From the human T2T-CHM13v2.0 reference genome, Homo sapiens, in the NCBI RefSeq assembly GCF_009914755.1, contig NC_060936.1: a DNA stretch of 64,000 nt. One strand, written 5' to 3'. A program made the position numbers and the translations under genes. A model generated the notes under the pieces. It saw only the letters and a program-made list of their open reading frames with translations, was not told the origin of the DNA and did no database searches. How positions within the stretch are numbered: the stretch's first letter is position 1; every line of letters starts with the position of its first letter. This document shows, in pieces, positions 1 to 11,546 of this stretch.

Positions 1-174
1 GATATTTCCTTTTCTACATTTGGCCTAAAAGCGCTTGAAATCTCCACCTGCAAATATCACAAAAAGAGGGTTTCACATCTGCTCTGTCTAAAGGACAGTT
101 CACCTCTGTGAGTTGAATAGAGGCAACACAAAGAACTTACTCAGTATTCTTCTTTCCAGCGTTCTATGAAGAAA

Positions 175-191
175 TCCCGTTTCCAACGAAG
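175..191 (-). promoter_or_regulatory. CENP-B box (first of ~188 box positions, one per dimer)
   Basis: The + strand tcccgtttccaacgaag is CTTCGTTGGAAACGGGA on the - strand, an exact match to the 17-bp CENP-B box with all 9 core nucleotides (NTTCGNNNNANNCGGGN). Confidence 0.97.
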
Positions 192-684
192 GCCTCAAAG
201 AGGTCAAATATCTGCTTGCAGACTTTACAGACAGAGTGTTTCCAAACTACTCTATGAAAAGAAAGCTTAAACTCCTTGAGTTGAACGCACACATCACAAA
301 GTAGTTTCTGAGAATGATTCTGTCTAGTTTTTATACGAAGATGTTTCCCTTTCTACATTTGGTCTCAAAGCGATTGAAATCTCCAACTGGAAACTGCACA
401 AATAGGCTGTTTCAAATCTGCTCTGTCTAAAGGAAGGTTCAACTCTGTGAGTTGAATACACACACCACAAATAAGTTACTGAGAATTCTTCTGTCGAACA
501 TTAGAGGAAGAAATCCCGTTTCCAACGAAGGCCTCAAAGAGGTCCAAATATCCACTTGCAGACATTACAAACAGTGTGTTTCCCAACTGCTCCATCAAAA
601 GAAAGGTTAAACTCTGTGAGCTGAACACACACATCAAAAAGAAGTTTCTGTGAATGATTCTGTCTAGATTTTATAAGAAGATGT

Positions 685-701
685 TTCCTTTTCTACCGTA
701 G
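685..701 (+). promoter_or_regulatory. pJalpha-like A-box motif in the non-CENP-B monomer of dimer C (recurs in each 8-mer)
   Basis: TTCCTTTTCTACCGTAG is one mismatch from the pJalpha consensus TTCCTTTTYCACCRTAG as I recall it. It occupies the position homologous to the CENP-B box in the alternate monomer. Confidence 0.6.
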
Positions 702-1358
702 GCCTCAAAGCGCTTGAAATCTCCAGCTGCAAATTCCACAAAAAGGGTGTTTAACATCTGCTCTTCTAAAGGAAAGTTCAACTCTGTGAGTTGAATACAC
801 ACAGCACAAAGAAGTTACTGAGACTTCTCCTATCAAACATTATATGAAGAAATCCCGTTTCCAACGAAGGCCTCAAAGAGGTCCAAATATCTGCTTGCAG
901 ACTTTACAGACAGAGTGTTTCCAAACTGCTCCATCAAAAGAAAGGTTAAACTCCTTGAGTTGAACACACACATCACAAAGTAGTTTCTGTGAATGTTTCT
1001 GTCTAGTTTTTATACGAAGATGTTTCCTTTTCTACCTTTGGTCTCAAAGCGATTGAAATCTCCACATGGAAACTCCACAAAAAGAGTGTTTCAAATCTGC
1101 TCTTTCTGAAGGAAGGTTCAACTCTGTGAGTTGAATACACACACCACAAATAAGTTACTGAGAATTCTTCTGTGTAACATTATATGAGGAAATCCCGTTT
1201 CCAACGAAGGCCTCAAAGAGGTCCAAATATCCACTTGCAGACTTTACAAAGACAGTGTCTCCAAACTCCTCCATCAAAAGAAAGGTTATACTCTGTGAAT
1301 TGAACGCACACATCACAAAGTAGTTTCTGAGAATGATTCTGTCTAGTTTTTATACGAA

Positions 1359-2037
1359 GATATTTCCTTTTCTACATTTGGCCTAAAAGCGCTTGAAATC
1401 TCCACCTGCAAATATCACAAAAAGAGGGTTTCACATCTGCTCTGTCTAAAGGACAGTTCACCTCTGTGAGTTGAATAGAGGCAACACAAAGAACTTACTC
1501 AGTATTCTTCTTTCTAGCATTCTATGAAGAAATCCCGTTTCCAACGAAGGCCCCAAAGAGGTCCAAATATCTGCTTGCAGACTTTACAGACAGAGTTTTT
1601 CCAAACTGCTCCATCAAAAGAAAGGTTAAACTCCTTGAGTTGAACACACACATCCAAAGTAGTTTCTGTGAATGATTCTGTCTAGTTTTTATAAGAAGAT
1701 GTTTCCTTTTCTACCTTTGGTCTCAAAGCGATTGAAATCTCCACATGGAAACTCCACAAAAAGAGTGTTTCAAATCTGCTCTTTCTGAAGGAAGGTTCAA
1801 CTCTGTGAGTTGAATACACACACCACAAATAAGTTACTGAGAATTCTTCTGTGTAACATTATATGAGGAAATCCCGTTTCCAACGAAGGCCTCAAAGAGG
1901 TCCAAATATCCACTTGCAGACTTTACAAAGACAGTGTCTCCAAACTCCTCCATCAAAAGAAAGGTTATACTCTGTGAATTGAACGCACACATCACAAAAT
2001 AGTTTCTGAGAATGATTCTGTCTAGTTTTTATACGAA
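1359..2037 (-). repeat. 4-monomer HOR deletion variant (A'-D, 679-680 bp); 16 copies in the window
   Basis: An A-type first monomer is joined to a C-type CENP-B monomer and then D; dimer B and the HindIII/PvuII sites are absent. Copies start at 1359, 3396, 4076, 6113, 14263, 16301, 21055, 23093, 26489, 28527, 31923, 33961, 35999, 38037, 41433 and 61132. Confidence 0.93.
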
Positions 2038-5000
2038 GATATTTCCTTTTCTACATTTGGCCTAAAAGCGCTTGAAATCTCCACCTGCAAATATCACAAA
2101 AAGAGGGTTTCACATCTGCTCTGTCTAAAGGACAGTTCACCTCTGTGAGTTGAATAGAGGCAACACAAAGAACTTACTCAGTATTCTTCTTTCCAGCGTT
2201 CTATGAAGAAATCCCGTTTCCAACGAAGGCCTCAAAGAGGTCAAATATCTGCTTGCAGACTTTACAGACAGAGTGTTTCCAAACTACTCTATGAAAAGAA
2301 AGCTTAAACTCCTTGAGTTGAACGCACACATCACAAAGTAGTTTCTGAGAATGATTCTGTCTAGTTTTTATACGAAGATGTTTCCCTTTCTACATTTGGT
2401 CTCAAAGCGATTGAAATCTCCAACTGGAAACTGCACAAATAGGCTGTTTCAAATCTGCTCTGTCTAAAGGAAGGTTCAACTCTGTGAGTTGAATACACAC
2501 ACCACAAATAAGTTACTGAGAATTCTTCTGTCGAACATTAGAGGAAGAAATCCCGTTTCCAACGAAGGCCTCAAAGAGGTCCAAATATCCACTTGCAGAC
2601 ATTACAAACAGTGTGTTTCCCAACTGCTCCATCAAAAGAAAGGTTAAACTCTGTGAGCTGAACACACACATCAAAAAGAAGTTTCTGTGAATGATTCTGT
2701 CTAGATTTTATAAGAAGATGTTTCCTTTTCTACCGTAGGCCTCAAAGCGCTTGAAATCTCCAGCTGCAAATTCCACAAAAAGGGTGTTTAACATCTGCTC
2801 TTCTAAAGGAAAGTTCAACTCTGTGAGTTGAATACACACAGCACAAAGAAGTTACTGAGACTTCTCCTATCAAACATTATATGAAGAAATCCCGTTTCCA
2901 ACGAAGGCCTCAAAGAGGTCCAAATATCTGCTTGCAGACTTTACAGACAGTGTGTTTCCAAACTGCTCCATCAAAAGAAAGGTTAAACTCCTTGAGTTGA
3001 ACACACACATCACAAAGTAGTTTCTGTGAATGATTCTGTCTAGTTTTTATACGAAGACGTTTACTTTTCTACCTTTGGTCTCAAAGCGATTGAAATCTCC
3101 ACATGGAAACTCCACAAAAAGAGTGTTTCAAATCTGCTCTTTCTGAAGGAAGGTTCAACTCTGTGAGTTGAATACACACACCACAAATAAGTTACTGAGA
3201 ATTCTTCTGTGTAACATTATATGAGGAAATCCCGTTTCCAACGAAGGCCTTAAAGAGGTCCAAATATCCACTTGCAGACTTTACAAAGACAGTGTCTCCA
3301 AACTCCTCCATCAAAAGAAAGGTTATACTCTGTGAATTGAACGCACACATCACAAAGTAGTTTCTGAGAATGATTCTGTCTAGTTTTTATACGAAGATAT
3401 TTCCTTTTCTACATTTGGCCTAAAAGCGCTTGAAATCTCCACCTGCAAATATCACAAAAAGAGGGTTTCACATCTGCTCTGTCTAAAGGACAGTTCACCT
3501 CTGTGAGTTGAATAGAGGCAACACAAAGAACTTACTCAGTATTCTTCTTTCTAGCATTCTATGAAGAAATCCCGTTTCCAACGAAGGCCCCAAAGAGGTC
3601 CAAATATCTGCTTGCAGACTTTACAGACAGAGTTTTTCCAAACTGCTCCATCAAAAGAAAGGTTAAACTCCTTGAGTTGAACACACACATCACAAAGTAG
3701 TTTCTGTGAATGATTCTGTCTAGTTTTTATAAGAAGATGTTTCCTTTTCTACCTTTGGTCTCAAAGCGATTGAAATCTCCACATGGAAACTCCACAAAAA
3801 GAGTGTTTCAAATCTGCTCTTTCTGAAGGAAGGTTCAACTCTGTGAGTTGAATACACACACCACAAATAAGTTACTGAGAATTCTTCTGTGTAACATTAT
3901 ATGAGGAAATCCCGTTTCCAACGAAGGCCTCAAAGAGGTCCAAATATCCACTTGCAGACTTTACAAAGACAGTGTCTCCAAACTCCTCCATCAAAAGAAA
4001 GGTTATACTCTGTGAATTGAACGCACACATCACAAAGTAGTTTCTGAGAATGATTCTGTCTAGTTTTTATACGAAGATATTTCCTTTTCTACATTTGGCC
4101 TAAAAGCGCTTGAAATCTCCACCTGCAAATATCACAAAAAGAGGGTTTCACATCTGCTCTGTCTAAAGGACAGTTCACCTCTGTGAGTTGAATAGAGGCA
4201 ACACAAAGAACTTACTCAGTATTCTTCTTTCTAGCATTCTATGAAGAAATCCCGTTTCCAACGAAGGCCCCAAAGAGGTCCAAATATCTGCTTGCAGACT
4301 TTACAGACAGAGTTTTTCCAAACTGCTCCATCAAAAGAAAGGTTAAACTCCTTGAGTTGAACACACACATCCAAAGTAGTTTCTGTGAATGATTCTGTCT
4401 AGTTTTTATAAGAAGATGTTTCCTTTTCTACCTTTGGTCTCAAAGCGATTGAAATCTCCACATGGAAACTCCACAAAAAGAGTGTTTCAAATCTGCTCTT
4501 TCTGAAGGAAGGTTCAACTCTGTGAGTTGAATACACACACCACAAATAAGTTACTGAGAATTCTTCTGTGTAACATTATATGAGGAAATCCCGTTTCCAA
4601 CGAAGGCCTCAAAGAGGTCCAAATATCCACTTGCAGACTTTACAAAGACAGTGTCTCCAAACTCCTCCATCAAAAGAAAGGTTATACTCTGTGAATTGAA
4701 CGCACACATCACAAAATAGTTTCTGAGAATGATTCTGTCTAGTTTTTATACGAAGATATTTCCTTTTCTACATTTGGCCTAAAAGCGCTTGAAATCTCCA
4801 CCTGCAAATATCACAAAAAGAGGGTTTCACATCTGCTCTGTCTAAAGGACAGTTCACCTCTGTGAGTTGAATAGAGACAACACAAAGAACTTACTCAGTA
4901 TTCTTCTTTCCAGCGTTCTATGAAGAAATCCCGTTTCCAACGAAGGCCTCAAAGAGGTCAAATATCTGCTTGCAGACTTTACAGACAGAGTGTTTCCAAA

Positions 5001-6792
5001 CTACTCTATGAAAAGAAAGCTTAAACTCCTTGAGTTGAACGCACACATCACAAAGTAGTTTCTGAGAATGATTCTGTCTAGTTTTTATACGAAGATGTTT
5101 CCCTTTCTACATTTGGTCTCAAAGCGATTGAAATCTCCAACTGGAAACTGCACAAATAGGCTGTTTCAAATCTGCTCTGTCTAAAGGAAGGTTCAACTCT
5201 GTGAGTTGAATACACACACCACAAATAAGTTACTGAGAATTCTTCTGTCGAACATTAGAGGAAGAAATCCCGTTTCCAACGAAGGCCTCAAAGAGGTCCA
5301 AATATCCACTTGCAGACATTACAAACAGTGTGTTTCCCAACTGCTCCATCAAAAGAAAGGTTAAACTCTGTGAGCTGAACACACACATCAAAAAGAAGTT
5401 TCTGTGAATGATTCTGTCTAGATTTTATAAGAAGATGTTTCCTTTTCTACCGTAGGCCTCAAAGCGCTTGAAATCTCCAGCTGCAAATTCCACAAAAAGG
5501 GTGTTTAACATCTGCTCTTCTAAAGGAAAGTTCAACTCTGTGAGTTGAATACACACAGCACAAAGAAGTTACTGAGACTTCTCCTATCAAACATTATATG
5601 AAGAAATCCCGTTTCCAACGAAGGCCTCAAAGAGGTCCAAATATCTGCTTGCAGACTTTACAGACAGTGTGTTTCCAAACTGCTCCATCAAAAGAAAGGT
5701 TAAACTCCTTGAGTTGAACACACACATCACAAAGTAGTTTCTGTGAATGATTCTGTCTAGTTTTTATACGAAGACGTTTACTTTTCTACCTTTGGTCTCA
5801 AAGCGATTGAAATCTCCACATGGAAACTCCACAAAAAGAGTGTTTCAAATCTGCTCTTTCTGAAGGAAGGTTCAACTCTGTGAGTTGAATACACACACCA
5901 CAAATAAGTTACTGAGAATTCTTCTGTGTAACATTATATGAGGAAATCCCGTTTCCAACGAAGGCCTTAAAGAGGTCCAAATATCCACTTGCAGACTTTA
6001 CAAAGACAGTGTCTCCAAACTCCTCCATCAAAAGAAAGGTTATACTCTGTGAATTGAACGCACACATCACAAAGTAGTTTCTGAGAATGATTCTGTCTAG
6101 TTTTTATACGAAGATATTTCCTTTTCTACATTAGGCCTAAAAGCGCTTGAAATCTCCACCTGCAAATATCACAAAAAGAGGGTTTCACATCTGCTCTGTC
6201 TAAAGGACAGTTCACCTCTGTGAGTTGAATAGAGGCAACACAAAGAACTTACTCAGTATTCTTCTTTCTAGCATTCTATGAAGAAATCCCGTTTCCAACG
6301 AAGGCCCCAAAGAGGTCCAAATATCTGCTTGCAGACTTTACAGACAGAGTTTTTCCAAACTGCTCCATCAAAAGAAAGGTTAAACTCCTTGAGTTGAACA
6401 CACACATCACAAAGTAGTTTCTGTGAATGATTCTGTCTAGTTTTTATAAGAAGATGTTTCCTTTTCTACCTTTGGTCTCAAAGCGATTGAAATCTCCACA
6501 TGGAAACTCCACAAAAAGAGTGTTTCAAATCTGCTCTTTCTGAAGGAAGGTTCAACTCTGTGAGTTGAATACACACACCACAAATAAGTTACTGAGAATT
6601 CTTCTGTGTAACATTATATGAGGAAATCCCGTTTCCAACGAAGGCCTCAAAGAGGTCCAAATATCCACTTGCAGACTTTACAAAGACAGTGTCTCCAAAC
6701 TCCTCCATCAAAAGAAAGGTTATACTCTGTGAATTGAACGCACACATCACAAAGTAGTTTCTGAGAATGATTCTGTCTAGTTTTTATACGAA
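1359..6792 (-). repeat. Tandem duplication of a 2717-bp (4+8+4 monomer) block: 1359-4075 and 4076-6792
   Basis: Private variants recur at offset 2717: a 1-bp deletion catccaaag (~1651/~4368), cacaaaatag (~1993/~4710), gacgtttac (3056/5773) and ggccttaaag (~3246/~5963). Confidence 0.9.
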
Positions 6793-9700
6793 GATATTTC
6801 CTTTTCTACATTTGGCCTAAAAGCGCTTGAAATCTCCACCTGCAAATATCACAAAAAGAGGGTTTCACATCTGCTCTGTCTAAAGGACAGTTCACCTCTG
6901 TGAGTTGAATAGAGGCAACACAAAGAACTTACTCAGTATTCTTCTTTCTAGCGTTCTATGAAGAAATCCCGTTTCCAACGAAGGCCTCAAAGAGGTCAAA
7001 TATCTGCTTGCAGACTTTACAGACAGAGTGTTTCCAAACTACTCTATGAAAAGAAAGCTTAAACTCCTTGAGTTGAACGCACACATCACAAAGTAGTTTC
7101 TGAGAATGATTCTGTCTAGTTTTTATACGAAGATGTTTCCCTTTCTACATTTGGTCTCAAAGCGATTGAAATCTCCAACTGGAAACTGCACACATAGGCT
7201 GTTTCAAATCTGCTCTGTCTAAAGGAAGGTTCAACTCTGTGAGTTGAATACACACACCACAAATAAGTTACTGAGAATTCTTCTGTCGAACATTACAGGA
7301 AGAAATCCCGTTTCCAACGAAGGCCTCAAAGAGGTCCAAATATCCACTTGCAGACATTACAAACAGTGTGTTTCCCAACTGCTCCATCAAAAGAAAGGTT
7401 AAACTCTGTGAGCTGAACACACACATCAAAAAGAAGTTTCTGTGAATGATTCTGTCTAGTTTTTATACGAAGATGTTTCCTTTTCTACATTTGGTCTCAA
7501 AGCGATTGAAATCTCCAACTGGAAACTGCACAAATAGGCTGTTTCAAATCTGCTCTGTCTAAAGGAAGGTTCAGCTCTGTGAGTTGAATACACACACCAC
7601 AAATAAGTTACTGAGAATTCTTCTGTCGAACATTACTTGAAGAAATCCCGTTTCCAACGAAGGCCTCAAAGAGGTCCAAATATCCACTTGCAGACATTAC
7701 AAACAGAGTGTTTCCAAACTGCTCCATCAAAAGAAAGGTTAAACTCTGTGAGCTGAACACACACATCAAAAAGAAGTTTCTGTGAATGATTCTGTCTAGA
7801 TTTTATAAGAAGATGTTTCCTTTTCTACCGTAGGCCTCAAAGCGCTTGAAATCTCCAGCTGCAAATTCCACAAAAAGGGTGTTTAACATCTGCTCTTCTA
7901 AAGGAAAGTTCAACTCTATGAGTTGAATACACACAGCACAAAGAAGTTACTGAGACTTCTCCTATCAAACATTATAGGAAGAAATCCCGTTTCCAACGAA
8001 GGCCTCAAAGAGGTCCAAATATCTGCTTGCAGACTTTACAGACAGAGTGTTTCCAAACTGCTCCATCAAAAGAAAGGTTAAACTCCTTGAGTTGAACACA
8101 CACATCACAAAGTAGTTTCTGTGAATGATTCTGTCTAGTTTTTATACGAAGATGTTTCCTTTTCTACCTTTGGTCTCAAAGCGATTGAAATCTCCACATG
8201 GAAACTCCACCAAAAGAGTGTTTCAAATCTGCTCTCTCTGAAGGAAGGTTCAACTCTGTGAGTTGAATACAGACACCACAAATAAGTTACTGAGAATTCT
8301 TCTGTGTAACATTATATGAGGAAATCCCGTTTCCAACGAAGGCCTCAAAGAGGTCCAAATATCCACTTGCAGACTTTACAAAGACAGTGTCTCCAAACTC
8401 CTCCATCAAAAGAAAGGTTATACTCTGTGAATTGAACGCACACATCACAAAGTAGTTTCTGAGAATGATTCTGTCTAGTTTTTATACGAAGATATTTCCT
8501 TTTCTACATTTGGCCTAAAAGCGCTTGAAATCTCCACCTGCAAATATCACAAAAAGAGGGTTTCACATCTGCTCTGTCTAAAGGACAGTTCACCTCTGTG
8601 AGTTGAATAGAGGCAACACAAAGAACTTACTCAGTATTCTTCTTTCTAGCGTTCTATGAAGAAATCCCGTTTCCAACGAAGGCCTCAAAGAGGTCAAATA
8701 TCTGCTTGCAGACTTTACAGACAGAGTGTTTCCAAACTACTCTATGAAAAGAAAGCTTAAACTCCTTGAGTTGAACGCACACATCACAAAGTAGTTTCTG
8801 AGAATGATTCTGTCTAGTTTTTATACGAAGATGTTTCCCTTTCTACATTTGGTCTCAAAGCGATTGAAATCTCCAACTGGAAACTGCACACATAGGCTGT
8901 TTCAAATCTGCTCTGTCTAAAGGAAGGTTCAACTCTGTGAGTTGAATACACACACCACAAATAAGTTACTGAGAATTCTTCTGTCGAACATTACAGGAAG
9001 AAATCCCGTTTCCAACGAAGGCCTCAAAGAGGTCCAAATATCCACTTGCAGACATTACAAACAGTGTGTTTCCCAACTGCTCCATCAAAAGAAAGGTTAA
9101 ACTCTGTGAGCTGAACACACACATCAAAAAGAAGTTTCTGTGAATGATTCTGTCTAGTTTTTATACGAAGATGTTTCCTTTTCTACATTTGGTCTCAAAG
9201 CGATTGAAATCTCCAACTGGAAACTGCACAAATAGGCTGTTTCAAATCTGCTCTGTCTAAAGGAAGGTTCAGCTCTGTGAGTTGAATACACACACCACAA
9301 ATAAGTTACTGAGAATTCTTCTGTCGAACATTACTTGAAGAAATCCCGTTTCCAACGAAGGCCTCAAAGAGGTCCAAATATCCACTTGCAGACATTACAA
9401 ACAGAGTGTTTCCAAACTGCTCCATCAAAAGAAAGGTTAAACTCTGTGAGCTGAACACACACATCAAAAAGAAGTTTCTGTGAATGATTCTGTCTAGATT
9501 TTATAAGAAGATGTTTCCTTTTCTACCGTAGGCCTCAAAGCGCTTGAAATCTCCAGCTGCAAATTCCACAAAAAGGGTGTTTAACATCTGCTCTTCTAAA
9601 GGAAAGTTCAACTCTATGAGTTGAATACACACAGCACAAAGAAGTTACTGAGACTTCTCCTATCAAACATTATATGAAGAAATCCCGTTTCCAACGAAGG

Positions 9701-10188
9701 CCTCAAAGAGGTCCAAATATCTGCTTGCAGACTTTACAGACAGAGTGTTTCCAAACTGCTCCATCAAAAGAAAGGTTAAACTCCTTGAGTTGAACACACA
9801 CATCACAAAGTAGTTTCTGTGAATGATTCTGTCTAGTTTTTATACGAAGATGTTTCCTTTTCTACCTTTGGTCTCAAAGCGATTGAAATCTCCACATGGA
9901 AACTCCACCAAAAGAGTGTTTCAAATCTGCTCTCTCTGAAGGAAGGTTCAACTCTGTGAGTTGAATACAGACACCACAAATAAGTTACTGAGAATTCTTC
10001 TGTGTAACATTATATGAGGAAATCCCGTTTCCAACGAAGGCCTCAAAGAGGTCCAAATATCCACTTGCAGACTTTACAAAGACAGTGTCTCCAAACTCCT
10101 CCATCAAAAGAAAGGTTATACTCTGTGAATTGAACGCACACATCACAAAGTAGTTTCTGAGAATGATTCTGTCTAGTTTTTATACGAA
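6793..10188 (-). repeat. Two tandem 10-monomer HOR variants (A-B-B-C-D, 1698 bp each): 6793-8490 and 8491-10188
   Basis: Dimer B occurs twice in succession (7132 and 7472; 8830 and 9170). Both units share the private variant cacacatagg plus ccaccaaaag, ctctctctg and tacagacacc. Confidence 0.92.
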
Positions 10189-11546
10189 GATATTTCCTTT
10201 TCTACATTTGGCCTAAAAGCGCTTGAAATCTCCACCTGCAAATATCACAAAAAGAGGGTTTCACATCTGCTCTGTCTAAAGGACAGTTCACCTCTGTGAG
10301 TTGAATAGAGGCAACACAAAGAACTTACTCAGTATTCTTCTTTCTAGCGTTCTATGAAGAAATCCCGTTTCCAACGAAGGCCTCAAAGAGGTCAAATATC
10401 TGCTTGCAGACTTTACAGACAGAGTGTTTCCAAACTACTCTATGAAAAGAAAGCTTAAACTCCTTGAGTTGAACGCACACATCACAAAGTAGTTTCTGAG
10501 AATGATTCTGTCTAGTTTTTATACGAAGATGTTTCCTTTTCTACATTTGGTCTCAAAGCGATTGAAATCTCCAACTGGAAACTGCACAAATAGACTGTTT
10601 CAAATCTGCTCTGTCTAAAGGAAGGTTCAGCTCTGTGAGTTGAATACACACACCACAAATAAGTTACTGAGAATTCTTCTGTCGAACATTACAGGAAGAA
10701 ATCCCGTTTCCAACGAAGGCCTCAAAGAGGTCCAAATATCCACTTGCGGACATTACAAACAGTGTGTTTCCCAACTGCTCCATCAAAAGAAAGGTTAAAC
10801 TCTGTGAGCTGAACACACACATCAAAAAGAAGTTTCTGTGAATGATTCTGTCTAGATTTTATAAGAAGATGTTTCCTTTTCTACCGTAGGCCTCAAAGCG
10901 CTTGAAATCTCCAGCTGCAAATTCCACAAAAAGGGTGTTTAACATCTGCTCTTCTAAAGGAAAGTTCAACTCTATGAGTTGAATACACACAGCACAAAGA
11001 AGTTACTGAGACTTCTCCTATCAAACATTATATGAAGAAATCCCGTTTCCAACGAAGGCCTCAAAGAGGTCCAAATATCTGCTTGCAGACTTTATAGACA
11101 GAGTGTTTCCAAACTGCTCCATCAAAAGAAAGGTTAAACTCCTTGAGTTGAACACACACATCACAAAGTAGTTTCTGTGAATGTTTCTGTCTAGTTTTTA
11201 TACGAAGATGTTTCCTTTTCTACCTTTGGTCTCAAAGCGATTGAAATCTCCACATGGAAACTCCACAAAAAGAGTGTTTCAAATCTGCTCTTTCTGAAGG
11301 AAGGTTCAACTCTGTGAGTTGAATACACACACCACAAATAAGTTACTGAGAATTCTTCTGTGTAACTTTATATGAGGAAATCCCGTTTCCAACGAAGGCC
11401 TCAAAGAGGTCCAAATATCCACTTGCAGACTTTACAAAGACAGTGTCTCCAAACTCCTCCATCAAAAGAAAGGTTATACTCTGTGAATTGAACGCACACA
11501 TCACAAAGTAGTTTCTGAGAATGATTCTGTCTAGTTTTTATACGAA

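Larger units (their letters stand above)
1..1358 (-). repeat. Canonical 8-monomer HOR unit (dimers A 1-339, B 340-679, C 680-1018, D 1019-1358)
   Basis: Four distinct dimers recur in fixed order. Markers: A ggcctaaaagcgc/tactctatgaaaagaaagctt, B ccaactggaaactgc/gtcgaac, C ctaccgtaggcc/cagctgc, D ccacatggaaac/gacagtgtctcc. Complete 8-mers start at 1, 2038, 4755, 10189, 11547, 12905, 14943, 16981, 18339, 19697, 21735, 23773, 25131, 27169, 29207, 30565, 32603, 34641, 36679, 38717, 40075, 42113, 43471, 44830, 46189, 47548, 48907, 50266, 51625, 52984, 54342, 55700, 57058, 58416, 59774 and 61812. Confidence 0.95.

Noticed and set aside
29-490. Short palindromes (aagcgctt, aggcct, agaattct) as terminators or cruciform elements
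   Set aside because: These 6-8-bp dyads are ordinary parts of the alphoid consensus. I saw no long inverted repeat or stem-loop followed by a U-tract.
1-2037. Assignment to chr18 D18Z1 or another SF2 array because of the 8+4 (12-mer) pattern
   Set aside because: The box context is GGGATTTCTTCATA in 339-340-bp EcoRI-type dimers, typical of SF1, rather than the GGGAATATCTTC context I associate with SF2. An HMM classification would settle it.
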